Below, one piece after another: positions 48,711-57,498 of a stretch of 64,000 bases of DNA. The notes under the pieces are model-generated. The model had not been told where the DNA came from. It saw nothing but the letters and a program-made list of their open reading frames with translations, and did no database searches. Both the position numbers and the translations under genes were made by a program. The stretch lies in the sequence record MN871447.1. The stretch is one strand, 5' to 3'. The number at the start of each line of letters is the position of its first letter. The stretch's first letter is position 1.

Positions 48711-50012
48711 TTATTTCAACGTGTTGAGTAAATTCGCAGCAGCGAAGAGATTGTTATTCGCCACGGCTTGGAGATCTTGCAGTAAGATACGTTTTTCTTT
48801 TTGGTCGCGTAACTTACTCGAGAAGAACAACCAGAGTTTTTCATAATAGCTTTCTTCATCGAGATTACTTTTCAGATTGGCAATAACATCGATATTCTGA
48901 CTCAGCTCCACACGTTCTTCAGGCAGAAGACCAGGTTCTTTCATCCGTTGGATAATATCCTGACGTAGCCTTTCTAAACGCTCGTCTGCTTTATCGTAAA
49001 CGCGATCTACGGGTTTGATTAAAAGTACCAGTAGTTCAATGTATTTACGGAAGTTAAAACCGAACTTGTTTACCGCAAAACCAAGAATGAAGAAGAACCG
49101 AATAATTTTCATTCCCCATAACTGGAAATGATCTTTGAGTGTTTTCTCGGTCATGTTCTTTTGGATTTTATCCAACCCAGTGGCCAGCGGTACGGTCAAA
49201 CCCATACGGGAAGAAAATTGGTCGGACAGACTCTCCCATGATCGCATGTCGTAAATGCTGGCACCGAATTCAGACTTCGTTTGGTCGTAAATATCAGAGA
49301 AAATCGAAATGGCCAATACGTCAGGATTGATGTCTTCCTCGGCGACGACATCAAGATTGCTGATTTTAATCCCGGAGAAGTTTTCCACGCTCATCAGAAT
49401 TTTGACTTTTTCTTCTGGTGAATTCGATTTCTCAAGACGTTTAACTGTATCAACAAGGATAAAGCAGGTACTGAAAGTATAAGCCAGGGTCTCGAGATAC
49501 GTAAAGATGTGACCGACTTCATGGAGAATGATAGCGACCACTTCGTCTGGGTTAACATCCGGGCTAGAGATTAACTCTTGGGTCACCATCACCGAACACG
49601 GCATTTCCTGGAAAAACCCGCCTACTGTCGCTGTGGCACGGTTCACCCAACCTACCCCATTATTGAGGTTCTTATCTATTGCGGCTTTACCGGCACCCGC
49701 GTGACCAAGTTGATTGCTGTACGTTCTGACCATCACGCTGTTTTTAACAATAGACGGGGTTTGGGCGATGGCGTTGAAACCTCTTTCCGGGATTATTTGG
49801 AACGTGAGTCCTTTCAGTTTGAAACGGTCTCTCAGGATTCGTTGAAAAATCGTGCAGAATGCTTTGTTTACTTTTTCATTTACCTCACCGTTACTCTCTG
49901 TACGGTAGTCTTCTATCGTAATGATCAGTTTCTTACAAACAGGGTCGTAGCCCTGAAAGTCAATTGACTCAAATGCAGGCAGTGAGAGTCGGGTAATTTT
50001 TTCATCTAACAT
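48711..50012 (-). CDS. Virion protein with M48-like zinc metalloprotease signature
   Basis: PDEVVAIILHEVGH (HExxH), ESLSDQFSSRMG (E..AD.fa...G-like third ligand), hydrophobic segment; N-terminal PAFES site. Confidence 0.65.
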   Translation of the reverse strand: MLDEKITRLSLPAFESIDFQGYDPVCKKLIITIEDYRTESNGEVNEKVNKAFCTIFQRILRDRFKLKGLTFQIIPERGFNAIAQTPSIVKNSVMVRTYSNQLGHAGAGKAAIDKNLNNGVGWVNRATATVGGFFQEMPCSVMVTQELISSPDVNPDEVVAIILHEVGHIFTYLETLAYTFSTCFILVDTVKRLEKSNSPEEKVKILMSVENFSGIKISNLDVVAEEDINPDVLAISIFSDIYDQTKSEFGASIYDMRSWESLSDQFSSRMGLTVPLATGLDKIQKNMTEKTLKDHFQLWGMKIIRFFFILGFAVNKFGFNFRKYIELLVLLIKPVDRVYDKADERLERLRQDIIQRMKEPGLLPEERVELSQNIDVIANLKSNLDEESYYEKLWLFFSSKLRDQKEKRILLQDLQAVANNNLFAAANLLNTLK

Positions 50013-50138
50013 TTCGTGGCTCCTCAGGGGAAAGCGCTACCATAAAGGAAGGGTTACACAAGAAAGCGACACGCTCCAAAAAGAAGACGCTATCTATTCC
50101 TGTAGACCTTGAAAGTTTGACTCAGGAACCAGCCCGTT

Positions 50139-51875
50139 ATGAAAAATATTAAGCGCGATGACATTGAAGGTTATGAGTTTAAAAACTCCTTTTTTGTTCA
50201 GTCTGCCAATACGCCTGGAAGCGACCTATTAGTCGTTAAAGAAATTATTCATCTTAAAAATAAAGAACAAGTCCCTAATCTTCGTTTTATCAAAGATTTT
50301 AAACGTCCTTATTACGTTACTCGTGAGAGCCAACGTAAGTACAAAGAAAAACGTGTTTGGGAAAGCCTTGATAATCTGCGCCGTTACGAGTGCACGCAAT
50401 CATCCTTAGCCTCTGATATTCAACGCAAATTAAAAACCGGTAGAGGCGGCGTAAAAACACTCAATCGCAACCCATATCTTTTTGGTACTGATATCACTAG
50501 TTCTGTTCTGATCAAACATCAGTACATGACGAAATTCCCGCACCTTAAAAGTTTATACCGTGTCGCGCATCTCGATATTGAATTTGACGTGGTCGACGGA
50601 ACGAACAGTATCAACATGATCTCGGTGTCCTGTGGTGACCGTGTCTTTCAAGCGATCACTAAAGCCTATATCGGAACGAGTATTGATTTCGTTGAGAAAG
50701 TCAAACAGTGCTACGAAAGGGAAGTTGTCCCTATCCTTCGCGAAGTCGATCAGAAGATAAAGCAGTTTAAAGATAAAAAGATTCATCACCATTTTGACCT
50801 CGAAATCTACGAAGCCGCTGACGAAGCTGATGCGGTACAATGGATCTTTAATATTCTCCACAATGTCTTAAAACCTGATATGCTATCGATTTGGAACCTA
50901 CCTTACGATACCAAAAAGATGATGCAGGCATTAGACCGGAGGAATATCCCACGTGAGTACGTTTTCAATGATCCTTCTATCCCTGACGAGTTTAAGTTCT
51001 TTAACCTCAAAGAAGGCGAAGCGAAGATCTTTGACGCGAACGGCGTAGGGGAATCAAAAGACCCATGTGACCGTTGGCACCGTGTTCAATCTCCAGGGCA
51101 CTTCTTCTGGGTTGACCAGATGTCTGTTCGTCGTGCTGTTCGTAAACACCTGAACAAAGAACCCTCTTATGCCTTAGGCGACATTCTGTACAAGGAATTG
51201 GGTTTTGGTAAGTTGAAAGGCGATAAGGGCGTTCGTTCCACCGGGATCGACTGGCACAAACACATGCAGCGCGAAGAAAAAGTTTTCTACTGCGTTTACA
51301 ACATGTTCGATAACATCGGTGCCCAACTCCTCGACGAGAAAACAGAAGACTTACGTTCTACGTTTCCTGCTCAATGCGGATTCAGTGAACTGCAGTCGTA
51401 CGGTTCTCAAGGTCGTAAACTTGCTGATGACTTTTACTTTGATCTCTTAGAGAAAGGGTACGTCTTAACGGGTACGTCCGATAAGATGGAGAAAGAGCTC
51501 GACAAGCATCTGGTTCCACTCGATGGTTGGATCTCTACGTTAGCAGCGCATCTTATCCACGAAGAGATGGGGAACAAAGTCCTTAAAGAGCACCCGGGTA
51601 CATTCACTAAGATCGTTAAGTGGGTATTGGACATCGACGTTAAGTCTTCCTATCCTTCTACTGGGGTATGGATGAACCTGTCGCAAGAAACCACGAAACG
51701 GGCGATGTGTAAAATCATTGGGGTCGATTTCGAGGAACAAAGACGGGCAGGGTTGAACTTGTGTGCAGGGAGGGTCAACTCCGTCGAAATTGTGACAAAG
51801 CTCTGTAAAGCGCCTACTCAATTACAGATGCTTCAGCGCTTCTGTAAGGCGAAGGGAATTAAACTTGAGGATTGA
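50139..51875 (+). CDS. Split family-B DNA polymerase, exonuclease + motif A subunit (phiKZ gp82-like)
   Basis: HLDIEFD (ExoI), SIWNLPYD (ExoII), YNMFD (ExoIII), LDIDVKSSYPS (motif A); motifs B and C absent. Confidence 0.85.
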   Translation: MKNIKRDDIEGYEFKNSFFVQSANTPGSDLLVVKEIIHLKNKEQVPNLRFIKDFKRPYYVTRESQRKYKEKRVWESLDNLRRYECTQSSLASDIQRKLKTGRGGVKTLNRNPYLFGTDITSSVLIKHQYMTKFPHLKSLYRVAHLDIEFDVVDGTNSINMISVSCGDRVFQAITKAYIGTSIDFVEKVKQCYEREVVPILREVDQKIKQFKDKKIHHHFDLEIYEAADEADAVQWIFNILHNVLKPDMLSIWNLPYDTKKMMQALDRRNIPREYVFNDPSIPDEFKFFNLKEGEAKIFDANGVGESKDPCDRWHRVQSPGHFFWVDQMSVRRAVRKHLNKEPSYALGDILYKELGFGKLKGDKGVRSTGIDWHKHMQREEKVFYCVYNMFDNIGAQLLDEKTEDLRSTFPAQCGFSELQSYGSQGRKLADDFYFDLLEKGYVLTGTSDKMEKELDKHLVPLDGWISTLAAHLIHEEMGNKVLKEHPGTFTKIVKWVLDIDVKSSYPSTGVWMNLSQETTKRAMCKIIGVDFEEQRRAGLNLCAGRVNSVEIVTKLCKAPTQLQMLQRFCKAKGIKLED

Positions 51876-51905
51876 TATCAAAAAAGAAAAGTAACGGCAC
51901 AGAGA

Positions 51906-51938
51906 GGCTACTGGAACCCTTAACGGGGTTCCAGTAGC
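51906..51938. terminator. Bidirectional hairpin between convergent genes
   Basis: gctactggaaccc-ttaacg-gggttccagtagc 13-bp stem. Confidence 0.8.
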
Positions 51939-51984
51939 GATTGTGTCTTTAGTATCGACAAAGAATCGTCTTTCTATTGCGGGT

Positions 51985-53358
51985 TTACTTCAATGCACTC
52001 TTCCAGTCAAACTTCTCCACTTTTAAAGATCGACCGTGCATCGCACTCATCTGGATACCCATTATTATCGATCCGACCTCCGTAGCCAATGCCCCTAAAG
52101 CGGTCTTCGTATTCTCGAAACGTTTCCCGATACACTTCACGCAGAAGTTACCGTCGGTCGTGTGGCAAAAAAGCGGTGAGCGGAACAAATAACGTTTCCC
52201 GTGTGAGGCAGCAGCGATCTCTGGCGTCATGAGAGTGAGTACGTTCTTCTCATCAAAGAAGTAAGACCAATGAAAACCTTCCTCATTCTCTTTCGTTACC
52301 GTGTGCTCCAGCCCAAGTCTGGAACCGCAATCGTCTTCTGCAATAGCCGTGTTCATGAAGAAGCGACCAATGAACTTAGCGGCCTCGCCCCCTAAGGCGG
52401 TCATAGCGCCTCGGTTGAAGGAACCGTCGATAAGGGAGTTCGCCATCTCCGGAAGTTTATTGATATCCCATTGCTCTGACAGCGGGTTTTGAATAACCGT
52501 GATTTTGTTTCGGTTTTCAAAGTCGTATTCGATAGCGTGGGAGATATAAGCCTTAGCACGGACGACATCGAAGTCTTTAGAACCGGGTCTCAGGAATCCT
52601 TTCTCGGGGTCTTGGGACTGGAATTCGATATCGTACTTGATCAGTTCGGACATGATTTTGGCGACAATCGCAGGATCGTCAAGTTGGTCCTTATACTGTT
52701 CGTACAGTGCCGTACGGCGTTTTGCCATGTCAGGGGCAGTAACGATCGTGTAGGGTGTTGCAGCGGGTGTTGCGAGCTGACACCAGCCCGTTAAAGAGAA
52801 AGCGGCCGGATAGTATTTACTTTCCAGTTCATCAGTATAGATCTTCTGTGGATCGCGTTCACTGGGGTCTTCCGGGGGTGTTTCTAACAGTTCAGCAATC
52901 TTATCTTCGATCTTGCCTATTTTGATCTCACCCGCTATAAAAGGAATACGGTCTTTGAAAGGGTAACAAAGTACCGTTTGGTTAACCATGACATTCCCTA
53001 CAAGCGTAGTGACTTTCTCTTTTACGTTGACGAGGTCGCCTGGTTCTAAATCAATTTTGTCTTTGAACCGGAAAGGGGCGATACCTGGTTCAGCACCTTG
53101 AAGAACTTCCCATTCTTTACTGAAGGGATTAAAGAAGACTACCTGACCGTCTTCCTGGAAAAGTTGAAAGGGGTATTCCTCGAAATCTTCGCGACGGGGT
53201 TCATCTTTAAAGTAAAGCGGGTACTTCCCGTTCGGTCTGCGCTCAGGGTCTTTCTCCGGGTAGTTGACGATACCAAAAGCATCGATGACCCATCCTTTAT
53301 AAAGGAAACTGCCGTAGTTCAGAGCAGTTAATAAATAATCGCGTTTAAGCATGGTCAA
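51985..53358 (-). CDS. Virion RNA polymerase beta' middle subunit (phiKZ gp80-like)
   Basis: NSLIDGSFNRGAMTALGG (bridge-helix region), EDDCGS, RSPLFC..TDGNFCVKCIG (beta' Zn site), GSIIMGIQMSAMHG (trigger loop). Confidence 0.85.
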   Translation of the reverse strand: MTMLKRDYLLTALNYGSFLYKGWVIDAFGIVNYPEKDPERRPNGKYPLYFKDEPRREDFEEYPFQLFQEDGQVVFFNPFSKEWEVLQGAEPGIAPFRFKDKIDLEPGDLVNVKEKVTTLVGNVMVNQTVLCYPFKDRIPFIAGEIKIGKIEDKIAELLETPPEDPSERDPQKIYTDELESKYYPAAFSLTGWCQLATPAATPYTIVTAPDMAKRRTALYEQYKDQLDDPAIVAKIMSELIKYDIEFQSQDPEKGFLRPGSKDFDVVRAKAYISHAIEYDFENRNKITVIQNPLSEQWDINKLPEMANSLIDGSFNRGAMTALGGEAAKFIGRFFMNTAIAEDDCGSRLGLEHTVTKENEEGFHWSYFFDEKNVLTLMTPEIAAASHGKRYLFRSPLFCHTTDGNFCVKCIGKRFENTKTALGALATEVGSIIMGIQMSAMHGRSLKVEKFDWKSALK

Positions 53359-54184
53359 ACTCCGGGAGTGGTAATTTAGTCACAATTCTTGAAATTGTTA
53401 ATAGCGTTTTTGGGTCGATGAAATAATGCGGCAGTTCTTCGCCAATACGCTCTTTGATTTTATCGTTCGGAATACCAGCAGCAATCGCAGAGAAAACCGC
53501 TAACTTACCGATAACCTCCGGTGTATTCTTTTCCTCTGAAAAGTAATAATCCAGGAAATTAGTTAATGGCTCACCTACACTACCGCCGTCTTTGAAGAAA
53601 CGCACTGCTCGTTCGATTCCGTAGAAATTCAGGGCGTTCTTTGTTCTTTCAACCAGAGCGGTGTCAATCGAATCGTCTTCGGGGAAGCGATAGGTCATTT
53701 CGTTGAGATAATCTCGGAGGCGATAAAGCAATGAAGGTGAGACTTCGGCGGTAAGTTCAAGAATCTGATTAGGATCAAGTGTATTATCCACCACGTGCAG
53801 TACTTCGGCGATTTTTTCTTTGGGGTCTTCAGCGATTTCTAATGCGTATTTAACCGACTGAAGATCCTCGTGTGAATCGACGTGGTATAACGCTTGACAA
53901 ATCTTTGCGAGGAGCTCGAGTTTACCGTAAAGCGGCTGGTCGTCGCTTAGATATAGACCGAACTCCTCAATGCCTTCTGCCAACAGGTCGGTGACGATCT
54001 GATCGAATTGCGCGACGTTGTCTACCGTCGTAAACTCATCGAGGTAGGTGGTAAACTGGTTAAATTGTAGCTCGAACGTACCCGGGTCTAAACGATACAA
54101 AAACGGCAGTACAACTTTATATGTTGAAACTCTGGCTTCTGACACCGTACGTGTCAGATAGTTGAGTAAATTGTCGATCAGCAT
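53345..54184 (-). CDS. Conserved hypothetical/virion protein
   Basis: 279-aa helical ORF overlapping the vRNAP subunit start. Confidence 0.6.
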   Translation of the reverse strand: MLIDNLLNYLTRTVSEARVSTYKVVLPFLYRLDPGTFELQFNQFTTYLDEFTTVDNVAQFDQIVTDLLAEGIEEFGLYLSDDQPLYGKLELLAKICQALYHVDSHEDLQSVKYALEIAEDPKEKIAEVLHVVDNTLDPNQILELTAEVSPSLLYRLRDYLNEMTYRFPEDDSIDTALVERTKNALNFYGIERAVRFFKDGGSVGEPLTNFLDYYFSEEKNTPEVIGKLAVFSAIAAGIPNDKIKERIGEELPHYFIDPKTLLTISRIVTKLPLPEFDHA

Positions 54185-54262
54185 TATTGAGCCCTTATGT
54201 AAATTTTAATTCACAGTAAGCGTAATTTGAATGAAAATCTTTTTCTAACTGAGGCAAATGAC

Positions 54263-54691
54263 ATGTCTAAAGCACGTAAGAAGAAACCCACTAAAAAGCC
54301 CGGTTACATGAAGTTACACGGGTTTCAATACATCAATGACATTATTCGGAAATCACCGAAGTTACTCTCCGAAGCCGCCACTATAGTAGTGCAGTTCGAC
54401 GCCTTAGATGAAAAAACTCTTTCTTTAGGGGAAATCCTGAAAGGGAAAGAAGAGATCAAGAAGATCGCAGAGAAAGCACCCTCTATTCGAACGACGCTCG
54501 AAGAACTGAAAACCGATTTCGAAACGCTGGTTGCGACACCGGGTAAAAAGGAAGAAGAGCACTTCGCCGATTTGGTTGGACGTGCTGCTGAATTTATTTC
54601 AATGATCACTGAAGACGTGATTGCGCCGATGGCAGAGATCGCGGAGATTGTAGAAAAACGCATTAACCAAAAGGAAACTGTCAATGTCTGA
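54263..54691 (+). CDS. Hypothetical protein with basic N-terminus and coiled coil
   Basis: Better start MSKARKKK at 54263 with GAGG SD. Confidence 0.65.
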   Translation: MSKARKKKPTKKPGYMKLHGFQYINDIIRKSPKLLSEAATIVVQFDALDEKTLSLGEILKGKEEIKKIAEKAPSIRTTLEELKTDFETLVATPGKKEEEHFADLVGRAAEFISMITEDVIAPMAEIAEIVEKRINQKETVNV

Positions 54692-56408
54692 TTTTGAAAA
54701 CGAACAGTCCGGTACTGAAGAAACCCCTACTATCCCTACCACGGGTGTAGGTATTCCGGTCACCAAACACGTTATCACTGACGACGTGTTTGAGGAAGCA
54801 CCGGTAGCAGTCTCCGATGAGACTGTTCAGGAAGACACTGTCACTCCGGCGGAAGAAGAAACCAAACCGGAAGAAGAGACGGAAGAGAAAGAAGAAGAAG
54901 AACATCTTCTCTTTGACGTCGAACCGAATAAAATCGTGATTGATCCGACTCGCCCTATCTTTGTCAGGATCGATCCTAATCAACGCGGCATTGCAGCGTT
55001 AAGTGTATTACCCACGACGCGTGCTGACGCAGAGACGTTTGAAGAAAGTTTGAATAACGTCACTAACGAAGACCTTGAATGGATTCTCTCGACTCGTAAC
55101 GCGACGGATTCAGCGTATCCCGGAAACGGTCTTCTGAAAGCGGCGATCCGTAACGGAGCAAAGTGGAAGACTCAGATCGAGAACCCGGCGACACCGATCC
55201 CGCTTTGTGATTACCGCAGTGCGTATAAGATCTTTGATCAACCGGCTACCAAAATTTCGGGTATTGATGCAATCGATATGTTCACGGCCGGGACTAACTT
55301 GGGTCGTCCTGTCACGGTACCGCTGTGGCACTCTGGTTTCTGGGTGAAACTCCGTGCACCGTCGGCTGCATTCTTAGCGGATATCGACCGTGCCTTAGCC
55401 TTTTCACGTGAAGAGCTCGGACTGGAAGTCTTCGGGGCGATCGGGGCCAATGACCGTTTGATCTTTGACGAGATTCTCGTTGACGCCGCGTTGAAACTCG
55501 TTGTAGAGGCCAACATTCCGATTGCGAAATCGCCGATGGAATTAAAAGAGGTTATTGACTTCTTCGATATCGACAGTCTGATCTGGGGAATGGCATTAGC
55601 AGCATTCCCGGACGGTTGTGAGATCGCCATTCCGTGCCCGAGCTGCCGTGGTGTGAGTCACGTCAAAGCAAACCTTCTCCGTATGCGTTTCGTTGATGAG
55701 TCGCGTTTGACACAAGTTCAAATCCGTCAGATGGCCAAAGGGATTAGCCATAAGACAACGCTGGAAGAATTGAAGAAATACAAAGAAGAGTTCCAAATCC
55801 TCAATACCCAGAAATGGGAATGGAACAAACGTACTTTCACCTTCCGTTCACCAACGATCGAAGAGTACTTAACTTCAGGTCGGGAATATATCACTTCGGT
55901 TTCCCGTGCGTTAACCGAAACGCTGCGTGACGACATTACTGACGACTACCGTCGTGGCCAGAGCATGAAGTCAATCCTTAACACGGAAGAGACAGCGCGG
56001 TTCATGCACTTCATTCGTGAGATTCGTATCCCGAACACCAATGAAAAAGGTAACCCTGATAACTACGGGATTGTTACCGATTCCCATGCTATCCTCGATA
56101 TCATGCGTTATATTTCGGGTGACTTCGAAGCCAGTGACGGTTTAATCGTGGCAATCAATGATTTCATCAATGACGCCATCTGCACTATCATTGGATTCCC
56201 TAACGTCAATTGCCCGGCTTGTGGCAAATTCTATCTCTCGAAGACCGGGGAAGCGACAATTATTGTTCCGTTTAACCCTGCTGTGGGTTTTTTTATCCTT
56301 GCGCAACACAAGATTACGGAAGCGGGGTCGGAGCCACTGACGAATTTAATGACGTTAGGTCTGACCGGTTTGCTATCCAAGGTATCGGCCAGCGAGGCTC
56401 AGGGTTAA
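54684..56408 (+). CDS. T4 gp26-like tail/baseplate assembly chaperone ('G' product)
   Basis: Acidic N-terminus; FFDIDSLIWGM...IPCPSCRG..HVKANL and TFTFRSPTIEEY resemble the gp26 family pattern; second CPACG near the C-terminus. Confidence 0.55.
   Translation: MSDFENEQSGTEETPTIPTTGVGIPVTKHVITDDVFEEAPVAVSDETVQEDTVTPAEEETKPEEETEEKEEEEHLLFDVEPNKIVIDPTRPIFVRIDPNQRGIAALSVLPTTRADAETFEESLNNVTNEDLEWILSTRNATDSAYPGNGLLKAAIRNGAKWKTQIENPATPIPLCDYRSAYKIFDQPATKISGIDAIDMFTAGTNLGRPVTVPLWHSGFWVKLRAPSAAFLADIDRALAFSREELGLEVFGAIGANDRLIFDEILVDAALKLVVEANIPIAKSPMELKEVIDFFDIDSLIWGMALAAFPDGCEIAIPCPSCRGVSHVKANLLRMRFVDESRLTQVQIRQMAKGISHKTTLEELKKYKEEFQILNTQKWEWNKRTFTFRSPTIEEYLTSGREYITSVSRALTETLRDDITDDYRRGQSMKSILNTEETARFMHFIREIRIPNTNEKGNPDNYGIVTDSHAILDIMRYISGDFEASDGLIVAINDFINDAICTIIGFPNVNCPACGKFYLSKTGEATIIVPFNPAVGFFILAQHKITEAGSEPLTNLMTLGLTGLLSKVSASEAQG
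56285..56294 (+). other. Slippery site for programmed -1 ribosomal frameshift (G GGT TTT / T TTT TTT)
   Basis: In-phase X XXY YYZ heptamers; the -1 frame opens just after TAA 56273-56275 and runs without stops into ORF 56426..56812. Confidence 0.75.
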
Positions 56409-56812
56409 TTGAGAAGACAGGCGGATTGGGGAACCTTTCCGCCAAAGTGGCGTTGCGCAGGGCGTACGACCTCGATAACGGGATTTACTCTGAAGCAGTA
56501 GATGCCAAAGTCCCATTCTCTCTTATTGCGATGCATGAACCCGAAGCGGCTGCAAACAAAGGGAAATGGGATGAGTTACTCGAAAAATATCACACGCACC
56601 AGATTAAAGATTACTTCAACTTTACGTTTACAGATTGGGTGAGTCAACCTAATGATATGGTTGAAAAGCAAATCAACACTTCTATTCGGTGGCGTGAACG
56701 AGAAGTCAATGCTAAATCGGAAGAAACGAAAGAGTTAGAGGCACAACTTTCCCAACAGGGTATTACGGTCCCTAACGTTCAAATGATGAAGGAAAAAGGC
56801 CATGGCCAATAA
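56291..56812 (+). CDS. -1-frame extension ('T' part) of the chaperone; track calls it as a TTG-start 128-aa ORF
   Basis: FYPCATQDYGSG...GGLGNLSAKVALRRAYD...; WDELLEKY...DYFNFTFTDWVSQP resembles gpT/gp51-type C-terminal chaperone domains. Confidence 0.7.
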   Translation, partial: FYPCATQDYGSGVGATDEFNDVRSDRFAIQGIGQRGSGLIEKTGGLGNLSAKVALRRAYDLDNGIYSEAVDAKVPFSLIAMHEPEAAANKGKWDELLEKYHTHQIKDYFNFTFTDWVSQPNDMVEKQINTSIRWREREVNAKSEETKELEAQLSQQGITVPNVQMMKEKGHGQ

Positions 56813-57440
56813 GTTTGATAAAATCCAAAAGAAATCTCAGGAACTCTCTGACGCAGCAGATGCGGTAGCAGAAACGGCTGCTTCGGGTGAGAACGACAAC
56901 GCTCCTGTTGCAGCAACCGTGGCAACCGAGTCTGCGGTAGGCGGCAGCGTGAAAGTAAGCACGGTCTCTGAAACTGCGGCTAAGACTTCAGCTGATGTTT
57001 ACGCTGGAGAAAGCGATGCGGTCAAATTGATCATTGCACACCTCGAAGACTACGTTCTGAAAATGGCGCCAGAAAAAGCGCAGACTGAATCTTCACTGAA
57101 AGAAAATCAGAGCGTGCTCTATCGGACACTGGAGCAACTGGTTAATCTGGACAATGTTGCGGATTTTGCGGTCTGCATGAAACGTCTGTTTGCGCTGGTT
57201 CGCAAATACGAAGACGGAGCCTTTGCGCCCAATATGCGTTTTCGTCGCCTGAGCCTTTTAGCGAAGGGTGATAAACAACTCGATAAATACATCGCGTTCG
57301 TCGACATGGTTTGCGCCTTTGCTACTCCCGCAGTGCGTAAAACTATCATTCAACGCTACAACCTGGCACGAGCGGCAGAATTCGCTAAACCGGAATATCG
57401 TGAGCGTCTGATTGAATTCGTGAAGGCGATCAGCGGTTAA
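56802..57440 (+). CDS. Conserved hypothetical protein
   Basis: 212 aa with AAGG SD; Ala/Ser/Thr-rich N-terminal linker and helical C-domain. Confidence 0.7.
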   Translation: MANKFDKIQKKSQELSDAADAVAETAASGENDNAPVAATVATESAVGGSVKVSTVSETAAKTSADVYAGESDAVKLIIAHLEDYVLKMAPEKAQTESSLKENQSVLYRTLEQLVNLDNVADFAVCMKRLFALVRKYEDGAFAPNMRFRRLSLLAKGDKQLDKYIAFVDMVCAFATPAVRKTIIQRYNLARAAEFAKPEYRERLIEFVKAISG

Positions 57441-57447
57441 GTTATAA

Positions 57448-57481
57448 CTCCCCTCTTCCCGTGTTTACGGGAAGAGGGGAG
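57448..57481. terminator. Hairpin between convergent genes
   Basis: ctcccctcttcccgt-gttt-acgggaagaggggag 15-bp stem. Confidence 0.8.
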
Positions 57482-57498
57482 AATATATGTTATTTCAA

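Noticed and set aside
50139-51875. DNA polymerase lacking motifs B and C read as a truncated pseudogene
   Set aside because: Split family-B polymerases are established in phiKZ-like phages; the ORF is intact
56295-56314. Hairpin cttg-cgcaaca-caag as frameshift stimulator
   Set aside because: Only 4-6 weak pairs and too close to the slippery site; needs folding and covariation analysis
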